A stretch of 64,000 bases of DNA from a bacterium (GTDB lineage: Bacteria > Patescibacteriota > Minisyncoccia > Phycocordibacterales > UBA9973). The stretch's first letter is position 1, and each line of letters begins with the position of its first letter. Positions 36,672 through 44,895 of this stretch are shown piece by piece. A model generated the notes under the pieces. That model saw only the letters and a list, made by a program, of their open reading frames with translations. It ran no database searches and was not told where the DNA came from. The stretch spans positions 25,683 through 89,682 of the forward strand of contig JBAXTD010000001.1 of assembly GCA_037130335.1 (NCBI GenBank), given 5' to 3'. The position numbers and the translations under genes are program-made.

Positions 36672-38840
36672 TTATTCAAAATGAGTTTCTAGTTTTTTTA
36701 TTTCGACTAATTCTCGCAGGTGCGGATGAATTTTTAATTCCATATCTCCCGACAAAAGTTTTTGAGCTTCGTTTCGAGCGGCTTCTACCATTTTGATATT
36801 TTTGATTGCTTCCATTCCGATGTCGGTGATGCCCCATTGTTTGGTTCCGCCGAGTTCTCCCGCCCCGCGCAAGGCGAGATCGAGTTCGGATAATTCAAAT
36901 CCACTCGCGGCTTTTTTGAGTGCAGTGAGACGTTTGAGTGCGGTTTCGCCGGAACTATTTGGAAAGAGATAGCAATATGCTTGATGGTTTCCACGAATGA
37001 CACGGCCGCGAAGTTGGTGAAGTTGTGCGAGGCCGAATCTGTCGGCACCTTCGATGATGATGATTGTCGCGTTCGGTACATTCACACCGACTTCAACCAC
37101 AGATGTGGCAACGAGAATATGCAAATGATGTTTGGAAAAATCATTCATAACCTCCTCCTTTTTTTCTTTTGACATTTTTGAATGCAAAATTCCAATTTCG
37201 TATTCTGGAAAAATATCACTTTTGAGATGTTTGGCTTCGGCGACAACGGAACGAGTTTGCAGTGCCATTTCTTTGTCGGGATCTGGTTCGTCGATGCGTG
37301 GACAGATGATGTATGCTTGGCGACCTTCTTTGAGTGCTTCGCGAATATGCGCGTATACTTCGTCGCGTTTTTCTGGCAAAATAATTTCTGTGATAATCGG
37401 TTTACGTCCGGCAGGCATTTCGTCGAGAAGTGTGAGGTCAAGATCTCCATAAATCGTAAGTGCGAGCGTTCGTGGAATAGGTGTGGCTGTCATCGAAAGT
37501 AAATGTGGTGCAAAGCCTTCTTTGGTTACTAATTTTTTGCGTTGCATGGTACCAAATCGGTGTTGTTCGTCGATGATGGCAAGCGAGAGATGTTTGAATA
37601 CAACCGACGTAGAAATGATTGCGTGTGTGCCAATGAGAATTGGAATCTCACCATTGGCAACCCATTTGAGAAGTTGCGCACGAGAAATTGTGGTCCATGG
37701 TTCTTTTGCGCTCGCGACCTTGGTGGGGAATTTGCGACAACCGGAACCAGTAATGAGTCCGATCGAAATTCCTGTATGTTTAAAATATTGGATAAAGTTT
37801 TCGAATAATTGCGTGGCGAGAATTTCAGTTGGTGCCATGTATCCAACTTGTAGATTGCCAAATGTTTTGCCGTCGGGGCGGGTTTTGATTACTGCGTACG
37901 AAAGTGTGGCTGCAACTGCAGTCTTTCCCGAACCCACATCTCCTTCGAGAAGGCGAGCCATCGGAGTTTGTTTTGCCATATCTTCAAGTGACGTTTGTAT
38001 TGCGCGTTCCTGAGCACCGGTTTGTTTGAATGGAAATCGTCCGACAAAGTCCTCAACATCTTTGGGATTATATGTTACCGGATATGATTTATTTTTTTCA
38101 TAATTTTCGCGGTCGATTTTGCGAGCGAGTTGAATGAAAAAAACTTCTTCAAACGAAAATCGTTTGCGTGCAGCTTGAGCATCGTTTTCTTTTTGTGGAG
38201 AATGTATCCACACGAGCGCAGTGGAGAGTTTGGGTAAATTATATTTTTTGAGAATGTCGTCTGGAATGTATTCTGGAATTTGTTGTACGATTCCTGTTGA
38301 AATTATTTTTGAAATGCTGTGATAAATAAATCGTGACGTGATGCCTTTGGTTTCGCGATAAATCGGGAATCCATATACTTGGGCAGATTCTTTGTCAGAA
38401 CCAAAGAGGGAATTGTGTGAATCAACAGGGAGTACGTTTTTGGCTTTGAGTTCTGGGTTGGAGAGAAATAATCCATGTTTACCTTCGGATACTTTTCCTG
38501 AAAGTTCGACGTTGTCGCCATCGTGAACCATTTTGGCCATGTAGGCTTGGTTGAACCAAATTATTGGAATTGTGCCGGAACTATCTTCGAGTGTTGCCTC
38601 ACTCATGGGAATTTTGCTTTTAAATGCTTTTCGCATTTTGAGTTTACTGATGCGCCCGTACAGTGTGACAGTATCACCAGCCGAGAGGTCTCGAATGAGT
38701 TTGATTTCACTAATATTGGTGTATCGAAGTGGAAAGTAATACAACATATCACGAATCGTTTTTATGCCGAGTCGTTCGAGTGCACTTTTTTGTTCAGCAG
38801 TAAGGCGAAATTGTTTGGTAACATCGTCAGATAATTGCAT
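36672..38840 (-). CDS. recG: ATP-dependent DNA helicase RecG
   Basis: N-terminal wedge domain, LEGDVGSGKTAVAA Walker A, IIDEQHRFG (DEQH box), and C-terminal helicase motifs. I use the ATG at 38840; a TTG at 38861 is the alternative. Confidence 0.9.
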   Translation of the reverse strand: MQLSDDVTKQFRLTAEQKSALERLGIKTIRDMLYYFPLRYTNISEIKLIRDLSAGDTVTLYGRISKLKMRKAFKSKIPMSEATLEDSSGTIPIIWFNQAYMAKMVHDGDNVELSGKVSEGKHGLFLSNPELKAKNVLPVDSHNSLFGSDKESAQVYGFPIYRETKGITSRFIYHSISKIISTGIVQQIPEYIPDDILKKYNLPKLSTALVWIHSPQKENDAQAARKRFSFEEVFFIQLARKIDRENYEKNKSYPVTYNPKDVEDFVGRFPFKQTGAQERAIQTSLEDMAKQTPMARLLEGDVGSGKTAVAATLSYAVIKTRPDGKTFGNLQVGYMAPTEILATQLFENFIQYFKHTGISIGLITGSGCRKFPTKVASAKEPWTTISRAQLLKWVANGEIPILIGTHAIISTSVVFKHLSLAIIDEQHRFGTMQRKKLVTKEGFAPHLLSMTATPIPRTLALTIYGDLDLTLLDEMPAGRKPIITEIILPEKRDEVYAHIREALKEGRQAYIICPRIDEPDPDKEMALQTRSVVAEAKHLKSDIFPEYEIGILHSKMSKEKKEEVMNDFSKHHLHILVATSVVEVGVNVPNATIIIIEGADRFGLAQLHQLRGRVIRGNHQAYCYLFPNSSGETALKRLTALKKAASGFELSELDLALRGAGELGGTKQWGITDIGMEAIKNIKMVEAARNEAQKLLSGDMELKIHPHLRELVEIKKLETHFE

Positions 38841-38865
38841 TGCCGTATTATAACAAAACAAGCAC

Positions 38866-39255
38866 CTATGCGGTGCCTGCTTTCATATTTAGAATATCTT
38901 TTATCTTTTCGGCAAGTTCATCGAGTGTAAAGTTTGATTTAATCATAAACTCATTTGCTCCAAGTTCTTTGGCTCGTTTGATGTTTACTTCATCTGACAT
39001 GTTTGAAAACATAATGACTGGAGTGTTGATTGTTTTCATGTTTTCGCGAATTTTTTTTAGGATTCCGAGACCGTCAGTTGCTCCAGGGAGAATGATGTCG
39101 AGAATAAAGAGATCGGGAACATTCGATTCTAGAATTTTGGTGGCATCATCACTGTCTCCGGCTACGAGCACATCAAAACCTTCTTTTTGAAGTTTGGTTG
39201 CAGCGAGACCTTGCAAAAATACATCATCTTCAACTATCAAAATTTTTTTTGCCAT
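38866..39255 (-). CDS. Single-domain response regulator (REC only)
   Basis: ILIVEDD...DLFILDIILPG...K, the CheY-like receiver Asp pocket. Confidence 0.8.
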   Translation of the reverse strand: MAKKILIVEDDVFLQGLAATKLQKEGFDVLVAGDSDDATKILESNVPDLFILDIILPGATDGLGILKKIRENMKTINTPVIMFSNMSDEVNIKRAKELGANEFMIKSNFTLDELAEKIKDILNMKAGTA

Positions 39256-39342
39256 GTGAATTATTGTTTTTGTTTTTACTAATCAAAATACTTTAAATAT
39301 TGTACCACAAAATCATTTGTCTAGCATTGTCAGTTTAAACCT

Positions 39343-40086
39343 TTATTCAGTGGGTATTTGGACAAAAAACGTTGTGCCCTCATTTATTTTGCTATCAAAC
39401 CAAATCTTGCCTTTGTGTTTTTCGACGATGCGTTTGGTCGTGTATAGACCAAGTCCAGAACCTACGACATCTTGTTGTTTTGCATTTGTTGCGCGGAAAA
39501 ATTTTCCGAAAATATTTTGTTGCTCCTCGGTTGTAATTCCAATTCCATTGTCGTGTACAGAAATTTCAATCGCAGAATCTTTTTTGCTTGCGTTGATGAC
39601 AATGCGGGTTTCTTTGTTTGAATATTTAATTGCATTTTCTACGAGGTTTTGAATCACGACACGAATTTTTTCGTAGTCAGCGGTAATTTCGAGTGTCGGT
39701 TGTTCTGGTTTTAGAAAGACTAATTGAATTCCTTTTTTGTATGATTCGCCAGTGAAGTCAAAGATTACTTCATCAATTAGTTTGATGACATCAAATGTAG
39801 AAAGTTTCATTTCATCCAAACTATCCTCACTATGATTCATTGAAAGCATTTCGTTTACAAAAGAAATCATACGATTGTCTGAATCGAGCGCTTTTTGCAT
39901 GAAATTTTTTTGTTCAGTTGTCATGTCTCCAAAGTCGCCGTCGATAAACATTTTGAGAATCCATTTCATTGCAGAGAGTGATGTGCGGAGTTGGTGAGCG
40001 GTTACAGAAATGAGATCGCTCTTTATCGAGTTTTGTTTTTTGAGTTCGGTGTTTTCTTGAATTAATTCTTCGATTGTTTGTGCCAT
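39343..40086 (-). CDS. Soluble sensor histidine kinase (HisKA plus HATPase_c, no TM segments)
   Basis: H-box SVTAHQLRTSLSAM and G-box GLGLYTTKRIVEKHKGKIW. Confidence 0.85.
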   Translation of the reverse strand: MAQTIEELIQENTELKKQNSIKSDLISVTAHQLRTSLSAMKWILKMFIDGDFGDMTTEQKNFMQKALDSDNRMISFVNEMLSMNHSEDSLDEMKLSTFDVIKLIDEVIFDFTGESYKKGIQLVFLKPEQPTLEITADYEKIRVVIQNLVENAIKYSNKETRIVINASKKDSAIEISVHDNGIGITTEEQQNIFGKFFRATNAKQQDVVGSGLGLYTTKRIVEKHKGKIWFDSKINEGTTFFVQIPTE

Positions 40087-40093
40087 AACTATA

Positions 40094-40624
40094 TTATACT
40101 CTATTTTCTAAAAATTTTTTTACTGCATGTGGGACCATTGATTTCCATATGTTATCTCTATTTGCGATTGATTCACGAATCTTTGCGCCAGATTCTTCTC
40201 GGGTGTCATCAGAGAGTAAAATAATTCGTGTGGAGTATCCGAGATTTTCTAGAAATTCTTTTTTCTTTGAATCGAGTGCTCCTGTGTGGCCGATAAAAAA
40301 TACGGTATCGTTCGAAACAAGTGATGAAATATTTTTGTAGTCACTTGGAAAGGGGATAAAGGAGAAGCGTTCAGAAGGGATCGCCGCGTCGCAAAGCGAC
40401 GCGGCGATCATCGCAACTCGTTCATCATACGAGTACGGATTTTGTCTCAATGTACATGGATATCCAGTTTGCTCAGCAAATTCATTGGTACAAATTTCTG
40501 GAGTGCAAATGCCGATGACAATATGTTCTGCGTGTTCAAATCCAGCCAATAAGTATTTCATGTGACCATTGTGAAGTGGTTGAAATCGTCCATGAATAAG
40601 TCCGAGTTTTACTTTTTCTTGCAT
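40094..40624 (-). CDS. Nicotinamide-nucleotide adenylyltransferase, archaeal NadM-type
   Basis: GLIHGRFQPLHNGH (the (H/T)xGH nucleotidyltransferase motif) and a length of about 175 aa. Confidence 0.75.
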   Translation of the reverse strand: MQEKVKLGLIHGRFQPLHNGHMKYLLAGFEHAEHIVIGICTPEICTNEFAEQTGYPCTLRQNPYSYDERVAMIAASLCDAAIPSERFSFIPFPSDYKNISSLVSNDTVFFIGHTGALDSKKKEFLENLGYSTRIILLSDDTREESGAKIRESIANRDNIWKSMVPHAVKKFLENRV

Positions 40625-40671
40625 ACGAATTTCAGTATAACAAAAGATTTAATATAGTATATAATGGAGAT

Positions 40672-41700
40672 ATGCTAGAGCACATTATATCTGATAAAAG
40701 AATACGATTCCTTCCTAGTAAGCAAAAAGCTTTTATCGAGGAAGTCATAAATATAACCAAATTAAATACAACAGAGCTTGCTCAAGAAATTGGTGTAAGT
40801 AGACGAACCCTTGCTGATTGGAAGCGAGAAAAGTTTCTTATGACCGAAACAGTATTCAAAAAAATGTGTGCAATTGCAAAAATCGCGAAACCAAAAAATG
40901 TAAAAATTCTTGAGCCTCATTGGAACGTTTCAAAAGCAGGTATTGCTGGAGCCAAAAAATTATACGCCAAGTATGGGAAATTTCCTGTTGACGAAAATTT
41001 TAGAAAAGAGAAATGGTTGCAGTGGTGGAAAAGGGTAGGCAAGAATAATGTGAAGAAAAAATGCGACAGTAGTATCACTATTCCAGAAAAAAGTGCGTTA
41101 CTTGCCGAATTTACAGGGGTAATGCTTGGTGACGGCGGCATATCTAAATTTCAAATAGATATCACGCTTGATTCAAAAACTGATAAGAAATATAGTTTGT
41201 TTGTCTGTTCTTCGATCAGTAAACTTTTTGCGGTTGAACCGAGTATTTATTATAATAAAAATTCACGAGCTCTTTCTGTAGTTGTTTCTCGCAAGGCACT
41301 TGTACAATTTTGTAATTCAACTTTAGGTTTGCCTGTTGGTAATAAACTAAAACAGGGAATTAAAATTCCAGATTGGATTCTTGAAAATTCGAGTTATTCC
41401 ATAGCCTGCGTTCGCGGTCTGGTTGACACTGATGGATGTTTCTTTAATCATCGATATGTTTCCAGTAAAAAACAATATCAATATCTAAAAATTGATTTCA
41501 CGAGCATGTCGAATATTCTACTCGAACAAGTTAAAAATATTTTGCAAAATAACGGTATTTATGTAAAACTGTCATCGCGTCCGTGTATTCGAATTGAAAG
41601 TGAGGATGGTGTCAAAAAGTATATTGCACTGTTTGGTACAAGTAATCCAAAAAATGTGCAAAAAATTAAAAAATGGAGCCGTGTCAGAGTGGTCGAATGA
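40672..41700 (+). CDS. Double-motif LAGLIDADG homing-endonuclease-family protein with an N-terminal HTH domain
   Basis: Motif 1 LAEFTGVMLGDGGI, motif 2 RGLVDTDGCFF, and an N-terminal ELAQEIGVSRRTLADWKREK helix-turn-helix. The last 26 nt, including the TGA stop, overlap the 5' end of tRNA-Ser. Confidence 0.8.
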   Translation: MLEHIISDKRIRFLPSKQKAFIEEVINITKLNTTELAQEIGVSRRTLADWKREKFLMTETVFKKMCAIAKIAKPKNVKILEPHWNVSKAGIAGAKKLYAKYGKFPVDENFRKEKWLQWWKRVGKNNVKKKCDSSITIPEKSALLAEFTGVMLGDGGISKFQIDITLDSKTDKKYSLFVCSSISKLFAVEPSIYYNKNSRALSVVVSRKALVQFCNSTLGLPVGNKLKQGIKIPDWILENSSYSIACVRGLVDTDGCFFNHRYVSSKKQYQYLKIDFTSMSNILLEQVKNILQNNGIYVKLSSRPCIRIESEDGVKKYIALFGTSNPKNVQKIKKWSRVRVVE

Positions 41701-41761
41701 GCATCTTTGCTAAAGATGTAAGGGGTAATTCCCTTCGAGGGTTCGAATCCCTCCAGCTCCG
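41675..41761 (+). tRNA. tRNA-Ser (anticodon GCU), class II with a long variable arm
   Basis: Acceptor GGAGCCG pairs with CAGCTCC (one C:A mismatch). D arm TCA-GAGTGGTCGAA-TGA, anticodon stem CATCT/AGATG around loop TTGCTAA, 18-nt variable arm, T arm GAGGG-TTCGAAT-CCCTC, discriminator G. Confidence 0.8.
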
Positions 41762-41826
41762 CAGTGAGTATAAAGTATCGGCAGACCCGAGTACCTAAAT
41801 TCTCGGATGTAAGCTAAAATGGTTGT

Positions 41827-42315
41827 ATGGAAAAATTCCTAAAACAAAATTGGTTTAAAATAATTATGATTATTGCTGTACTCATAGTTTGCATGAGTAT
41901 TTCTTTTTATTTCTTAAAAATACTCCCTCAAAGACAACATTCTAAAGATAGTATTTCATATCAAGACAAATGTGGAGCTCAATCGAGAATAGCTTATAAA
42001 GATCTAACTTCATTAGATCCGTCAAGTGACAGTACCCCCGATGGTCTAAATTATAGTTTTGAAAATCACTATAATTCAAAATTAAATAAATGTTTTATAC
42101 TCTTATATATAAATCACTGGGATGAAACTCTCGGTAACACCTCGGATGAAACACTTTTTGACTCCTATGGCCTTAATAAAATAGCAAGTTTTTCAGAGTC
42201 AAAAAATATTACAAAGAATACAGATCATTTATGGGAATGTAATATTAATGATAAAAAAGTTTGTTCTACTTTGGATGAATTTACATCTTTGATTCAGCCT
42301 TACATGGCCGATTAA
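41827..42315 (+). CDS. Hypothetical membrane-anchored protein
   Basis: N-terminal TM helix (FKIIMIIAVLIVCMSISFYFL); 162 aa. Confidence 0.5.
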   Translation: MEKFLKQNWFKIIMIIAVLIVCMSISFYFLKILPQRQHSKDSISYQDKCGAQSRIAYKDLTSLDPSSDSTPDGLNYSFENHYNSKLNKCFILLYINHWDETLGNTSDETLFDSYGLNKIASFSESKNITKNTDHLWECNINDKKVCSTLDEFTSLIQPYMAD

Positions 42316-42317
42316 TT

Positions 42318-42836
42318 ATGCTGTATCTTATTGGAGTTCAACATGGATTACAGTATGTAGGAATAGGGTCAGCGGAATATGAACATATATCAAGGTTTAA
42401 AAAATACTTGAGTACTCAATGTAAAAAAATAAAACCTAAATATATTGCTGAGGAATTTAACGACGATGCTCTAAAAAAGAGGTGCGCAACATCTAATATC
42501 ACTACCTGTAAAGAAATTTCAGAAAAATTTAATATACAACATATTTTCATTGAACCAACACTTGAAGAAAGAAAAGTACTGAATATACCAACGAATAAAG
42601 AGATCCATGAAAAGCTTGGAATAAAATTAAATTTTTTTAATCAAAAAGAAGCTGAGTTAATAAGCCACGAGGAAAATAAATATTTTCCAATACGAGAAAA
42701 ATTTTGGCTTTCAAAAATACCAAAAAAAGATTCTGGACTAGTAATTATTGGAGCAAGTCACATTGAAACATTTAAATCATTGTTAGAATCACAAAAAATA
42801 CCTTTTTCCATTCTTGATTCAAAATGGGATATCTGA
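42318..42836 (+). CDS. Hypothetical protein
   Basis: 172-aa ORF that abuts the previous gene. No recognisable motif. Confidence 0.5.
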   Translation: MLYLIGVQHGLQYVGIGSAEYEHISRFKKYLSTQCKKIKPKYIAEEFNDDALKKRCATSNITTCKEISEKFNIQHIFIEPTLEERKVLNIPTNKEIHEKLGIKLNFFNQKEAELISHEENKYFPIREKFWLSKIPKKDSGLVIIGASHIETFKSLLESQKIPFSILDSKWDI

Positions 42837-42896
42837 TTCATAGATATCGAATTAGCTCTAAAAATTTTTCAAGAAACCCTTACGGTGCTTGGTTGC

Positions 42897-42958
42897 GAAA
42901 GTTTGAACCCCTCCGTCTCCGCGAGTAGTATTTAGCATCAAATAACTCGAGTACTTAA
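42897..42958 (+). repeat. Degenerate partial copy of the tRNA-Ser 3' end and flank (att-like)
   Basis: GAAAGTTTGAACCCCTCCGTCTCCGCGAGTAGTAT...CTCGAGTACTTAA aligns at about 70-75% with tRNA-Ser GAGGGTTCGAATCCCTCCAGCTCCGCAGTGAGTAT...CCCGAGTACCTAA (41737-41810). Confidence 0.55.
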
Positions 42959-42987
42959 GCGGGTCTTTTTGGGTTATAATTAAGAAT

Positions 42988-43575
42988 ATGGAAAAAATGC
43001 CAAAACAATATTTGTATCATATGGTACCCGAGGATATGAAGCCCGATCAGGAAGGTCGGCATATTTTGTATCCATTAAATATGCTGAAAGAAAAATTTCC
43101 AGGACTATACGAAATAAAATCTGAAAAATATAATTCGGATGAAAGTAGAAAAACAATTCCCGAACGATTGATACCAACACTTGAAAACGCAGCGTGGGGA
43201 GATGTTGTGCAGCTTACAGCTATCCACCCAAAGGATTTGAAAAAGGCACTTGTGGATGCTGGTTTTACACCAAAAGAGCTAAAGTTTTATCAGGTCGATC
43301 CAGAATTACTTGATCCGAAAAAAACAACTATTTATTTGTATCAAGACGGGTTTGAAAAAGAAGGCGAAGAAAGTTTTGGTAAATACGATCCACAAAAACT
43401 AAGTGAACATGCAATGGTTCCAGAAAGAACAAAAGAATATTATAAAGAAAAATTTTCACAAAAAGAGCGACCACTGCTTTTTGTTGGCGTACCTCATATT
43501 TTTCACAAGGGACCAATCGATGTTTCGAACTTTCCAGTTATAAGCACGGAAATTGATGCTGGTTCACATGTATAA
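42988..43575 (+). CDS. Hypothetical protein
   Basis: 195-aa ORF with no recognisable domain. Confidence 0.5.
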   Translation: MEKMPKQYLYHMVPEDMKPDQEGRHILYPLNMLKEKFPGLYEIKSEKYNSDESRKTIPERLIPTLENAAWGDVVQLTAIHPKDLKKALVDAGFTPKELKFYQVDPELLDPKKTTIYLYQDGFEKEGEESFGKYDPQKLSEHAMVPERTKEYYKEKFSQKERPLLFVGVPHIFHKGPIDVSNFPVISTEIDAGSHV

Positions 43576-43617
43576 ATTTTACGTCAAAAATAATTTGCGT
43601 GATATTATTTAAATATT

Positions 43618-44073
43618 ATGACAAATACTATTATTAATTTTTTGGGACTCTTTTTATTTATTGCAGGTTTTGTGATTGGGCTTGGTGCAGTGACAGTGAT
43701 TGATATTCATGGATTTCTCGGACGTAAATCATCATATTGGACAGAGGCGACGACACGCACACACAAGGTTACCAAACCACTTATTTGGGTGGGAATAATT
43801 TTGGCAATTATTGGGGGAAGTATCTTTTATCGAAACGAAACTCTTTCTGGAATTCCGCTTATTCATTTGGTTATTGCAATCGTGCTTATCATAAACGGAT
43901 ATTTTTTGTCGTTTAAAGTAAGTCCATATATGCTTGCTCGAGAAAAAGAAGGGAAGTCTGGAGAATTACTACCACAATCATGGCAAAACAAAATAATGAT
44001 AAGTTTGATATTTTCTGATCTCGGGTGGTGGGGAGGATTGGCGCTTTTGATTTGGTATGTTGTAGCTAAATAA
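43618..44073 (+). CDS. Hypothetical integral membrane protein
   Basis: Four predicted TM helices; 151 aa. Confidence 0.55.
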   Translation: MTNTIINFLGLFLFIAGFVIGLGAVTVIDIHGFLGRKSSYWTEATTRTHKVTKPLIWVGIILAIIGGSIFYRNETLSGIPLIHLVIAIVLIINGYFLSFKVSPYMLAREKEGKSGELLPQSWQNKIMISLIFSDLGWWGGLALLIWYVVAK

Positions 44074-44151
44074 TAGTGCACCATACTGTATTATTAATTC
44101 GTATCATATATGTGCTGTCGTATTAATAGTATTTAATTCTTTGTTTTATAT

Positions 44152-44823
44152 ATGAAAAATAAACATAAAATTGTTACATTGGTTGCGGGGGTTATTGCAG
44201 TAGGTTCGGTTATCGCACCTACATTTGCGTTTGCACAAGGAGTAGAGGCGAGTGCGAGCTCTTCTTCACTTCATTCACAAATCGAAATGGGTGGAAAATC
44301 ATTATCAAAAAATCATGCACAAAACAATCGGACCGTAAATGGTAAAGTTGTTTCAGTAAATGGTTCTATTATTACACTTACAAACAAAAAGAATGTTGTG
44401 TACACAATTGACGCAACAAATGCAAAATTTGCAGGAAAGGAGATTGGTGATGCGTTTACATTTGCAAGTATTTTGCCAAACGACGAAATCTCTGTTCGAG
44501 GTACTGTAACTGGTACAAATGTTGTAGCAACATCAATTTCTGATAAATCATATACTGACCGTACAATATTTCCAGGAAAAGTAGTTTCAGTTTCTGGATC
44601 AACAATCACACTCATGAAAGACAAAAATACTACCTATACTGTTAACGTTGGTTCTGCAACAGTAACAAAAGGTTTTGGAAAAAATTCAAAGACGATCTCA
44701 ATTTCAGATATTGCGGTCGGGGATAGACTTGCAGTGATTGGTTCACTTGCTGGTACTCTTGTTACACCTACATCAATTCAAGATATGGGAAACATGGGTG
44801 GAGGAATGCACGCAAAGAAATAA
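44152..44823 (+). CDS. Secreted protein with two tandem ~85-aa repeats
   Basis: Signal peptide MKNKHKIVTLVAGVIAVGSVIAPTFAFAQG. Repeat units are NGKVVSVNGSIITLTNKKNVVYTIDATNAKF... and PGKVVSVSGSTITLMKDKNTTYTVNVGSATV... Confidence 0.6.
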   Translation: MKNKHKIVTLVAGVIAVGSVIAPTFAFAQGVEASASSSSLHSQIEMGGKSLSKNHAQNNRTVNGKVVSVNGSIITLTNKKNVVYTIDATNAKFAGKEIGDAFTFASILPNDEISVRGTVTGTNVVATSISDKSYTDRTIFPGKVVSVSGSTITLMKDKNTTYTVNVGSATVTKGFGKNSKTISISDIAVGDRLAVIGSLAGTLVTPTSIQDMGNMGGGMHAKK

Positions 44824-44851
44824 ATTAAGTTTGGAAAATTGTTATAAAAGT

Positions 44852-44891
44852 AAAAGCCCCGCGTTTTCCTTCGGAAAACGCGGGGCTTTTT
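44852..44891. terminator. Bidirectional terminator
   Basis: 17-bp stem AAAGCCCCGCGTTTTCC/GGAAAACGCGGGGCTTT with loop TTC, between convergent genes. Confidence 0.75.
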
Positions 44892-44895
44892 GTAT

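Larger units (their letters stand above)
41762..42958 (+). mobile_element. Putative small integrated-element remnant bounded by tRNA-Ser and a degenerate copy of its 3' end
   Basis: An intact tRNA-Ser lies at the left edge. A ~60-bp degenerate duplicate of the tRNA T-arm, acceptor 3' strand and downstream flank lies at 42897-42958. Two hypothetical ORFs sit in between, and there is no integrase. Confidence 0.35.

Noticed and set aside
42889-42930. An independent, complete tRNA gene at the tRNA-like fragment
   Set aside because: Only the T-arm and acceptor 3' strand similarity is present. There is no matching 5' acceptor strand, D-arm or anticodon arm on either strand. It is a partial duplicate, not a gene.
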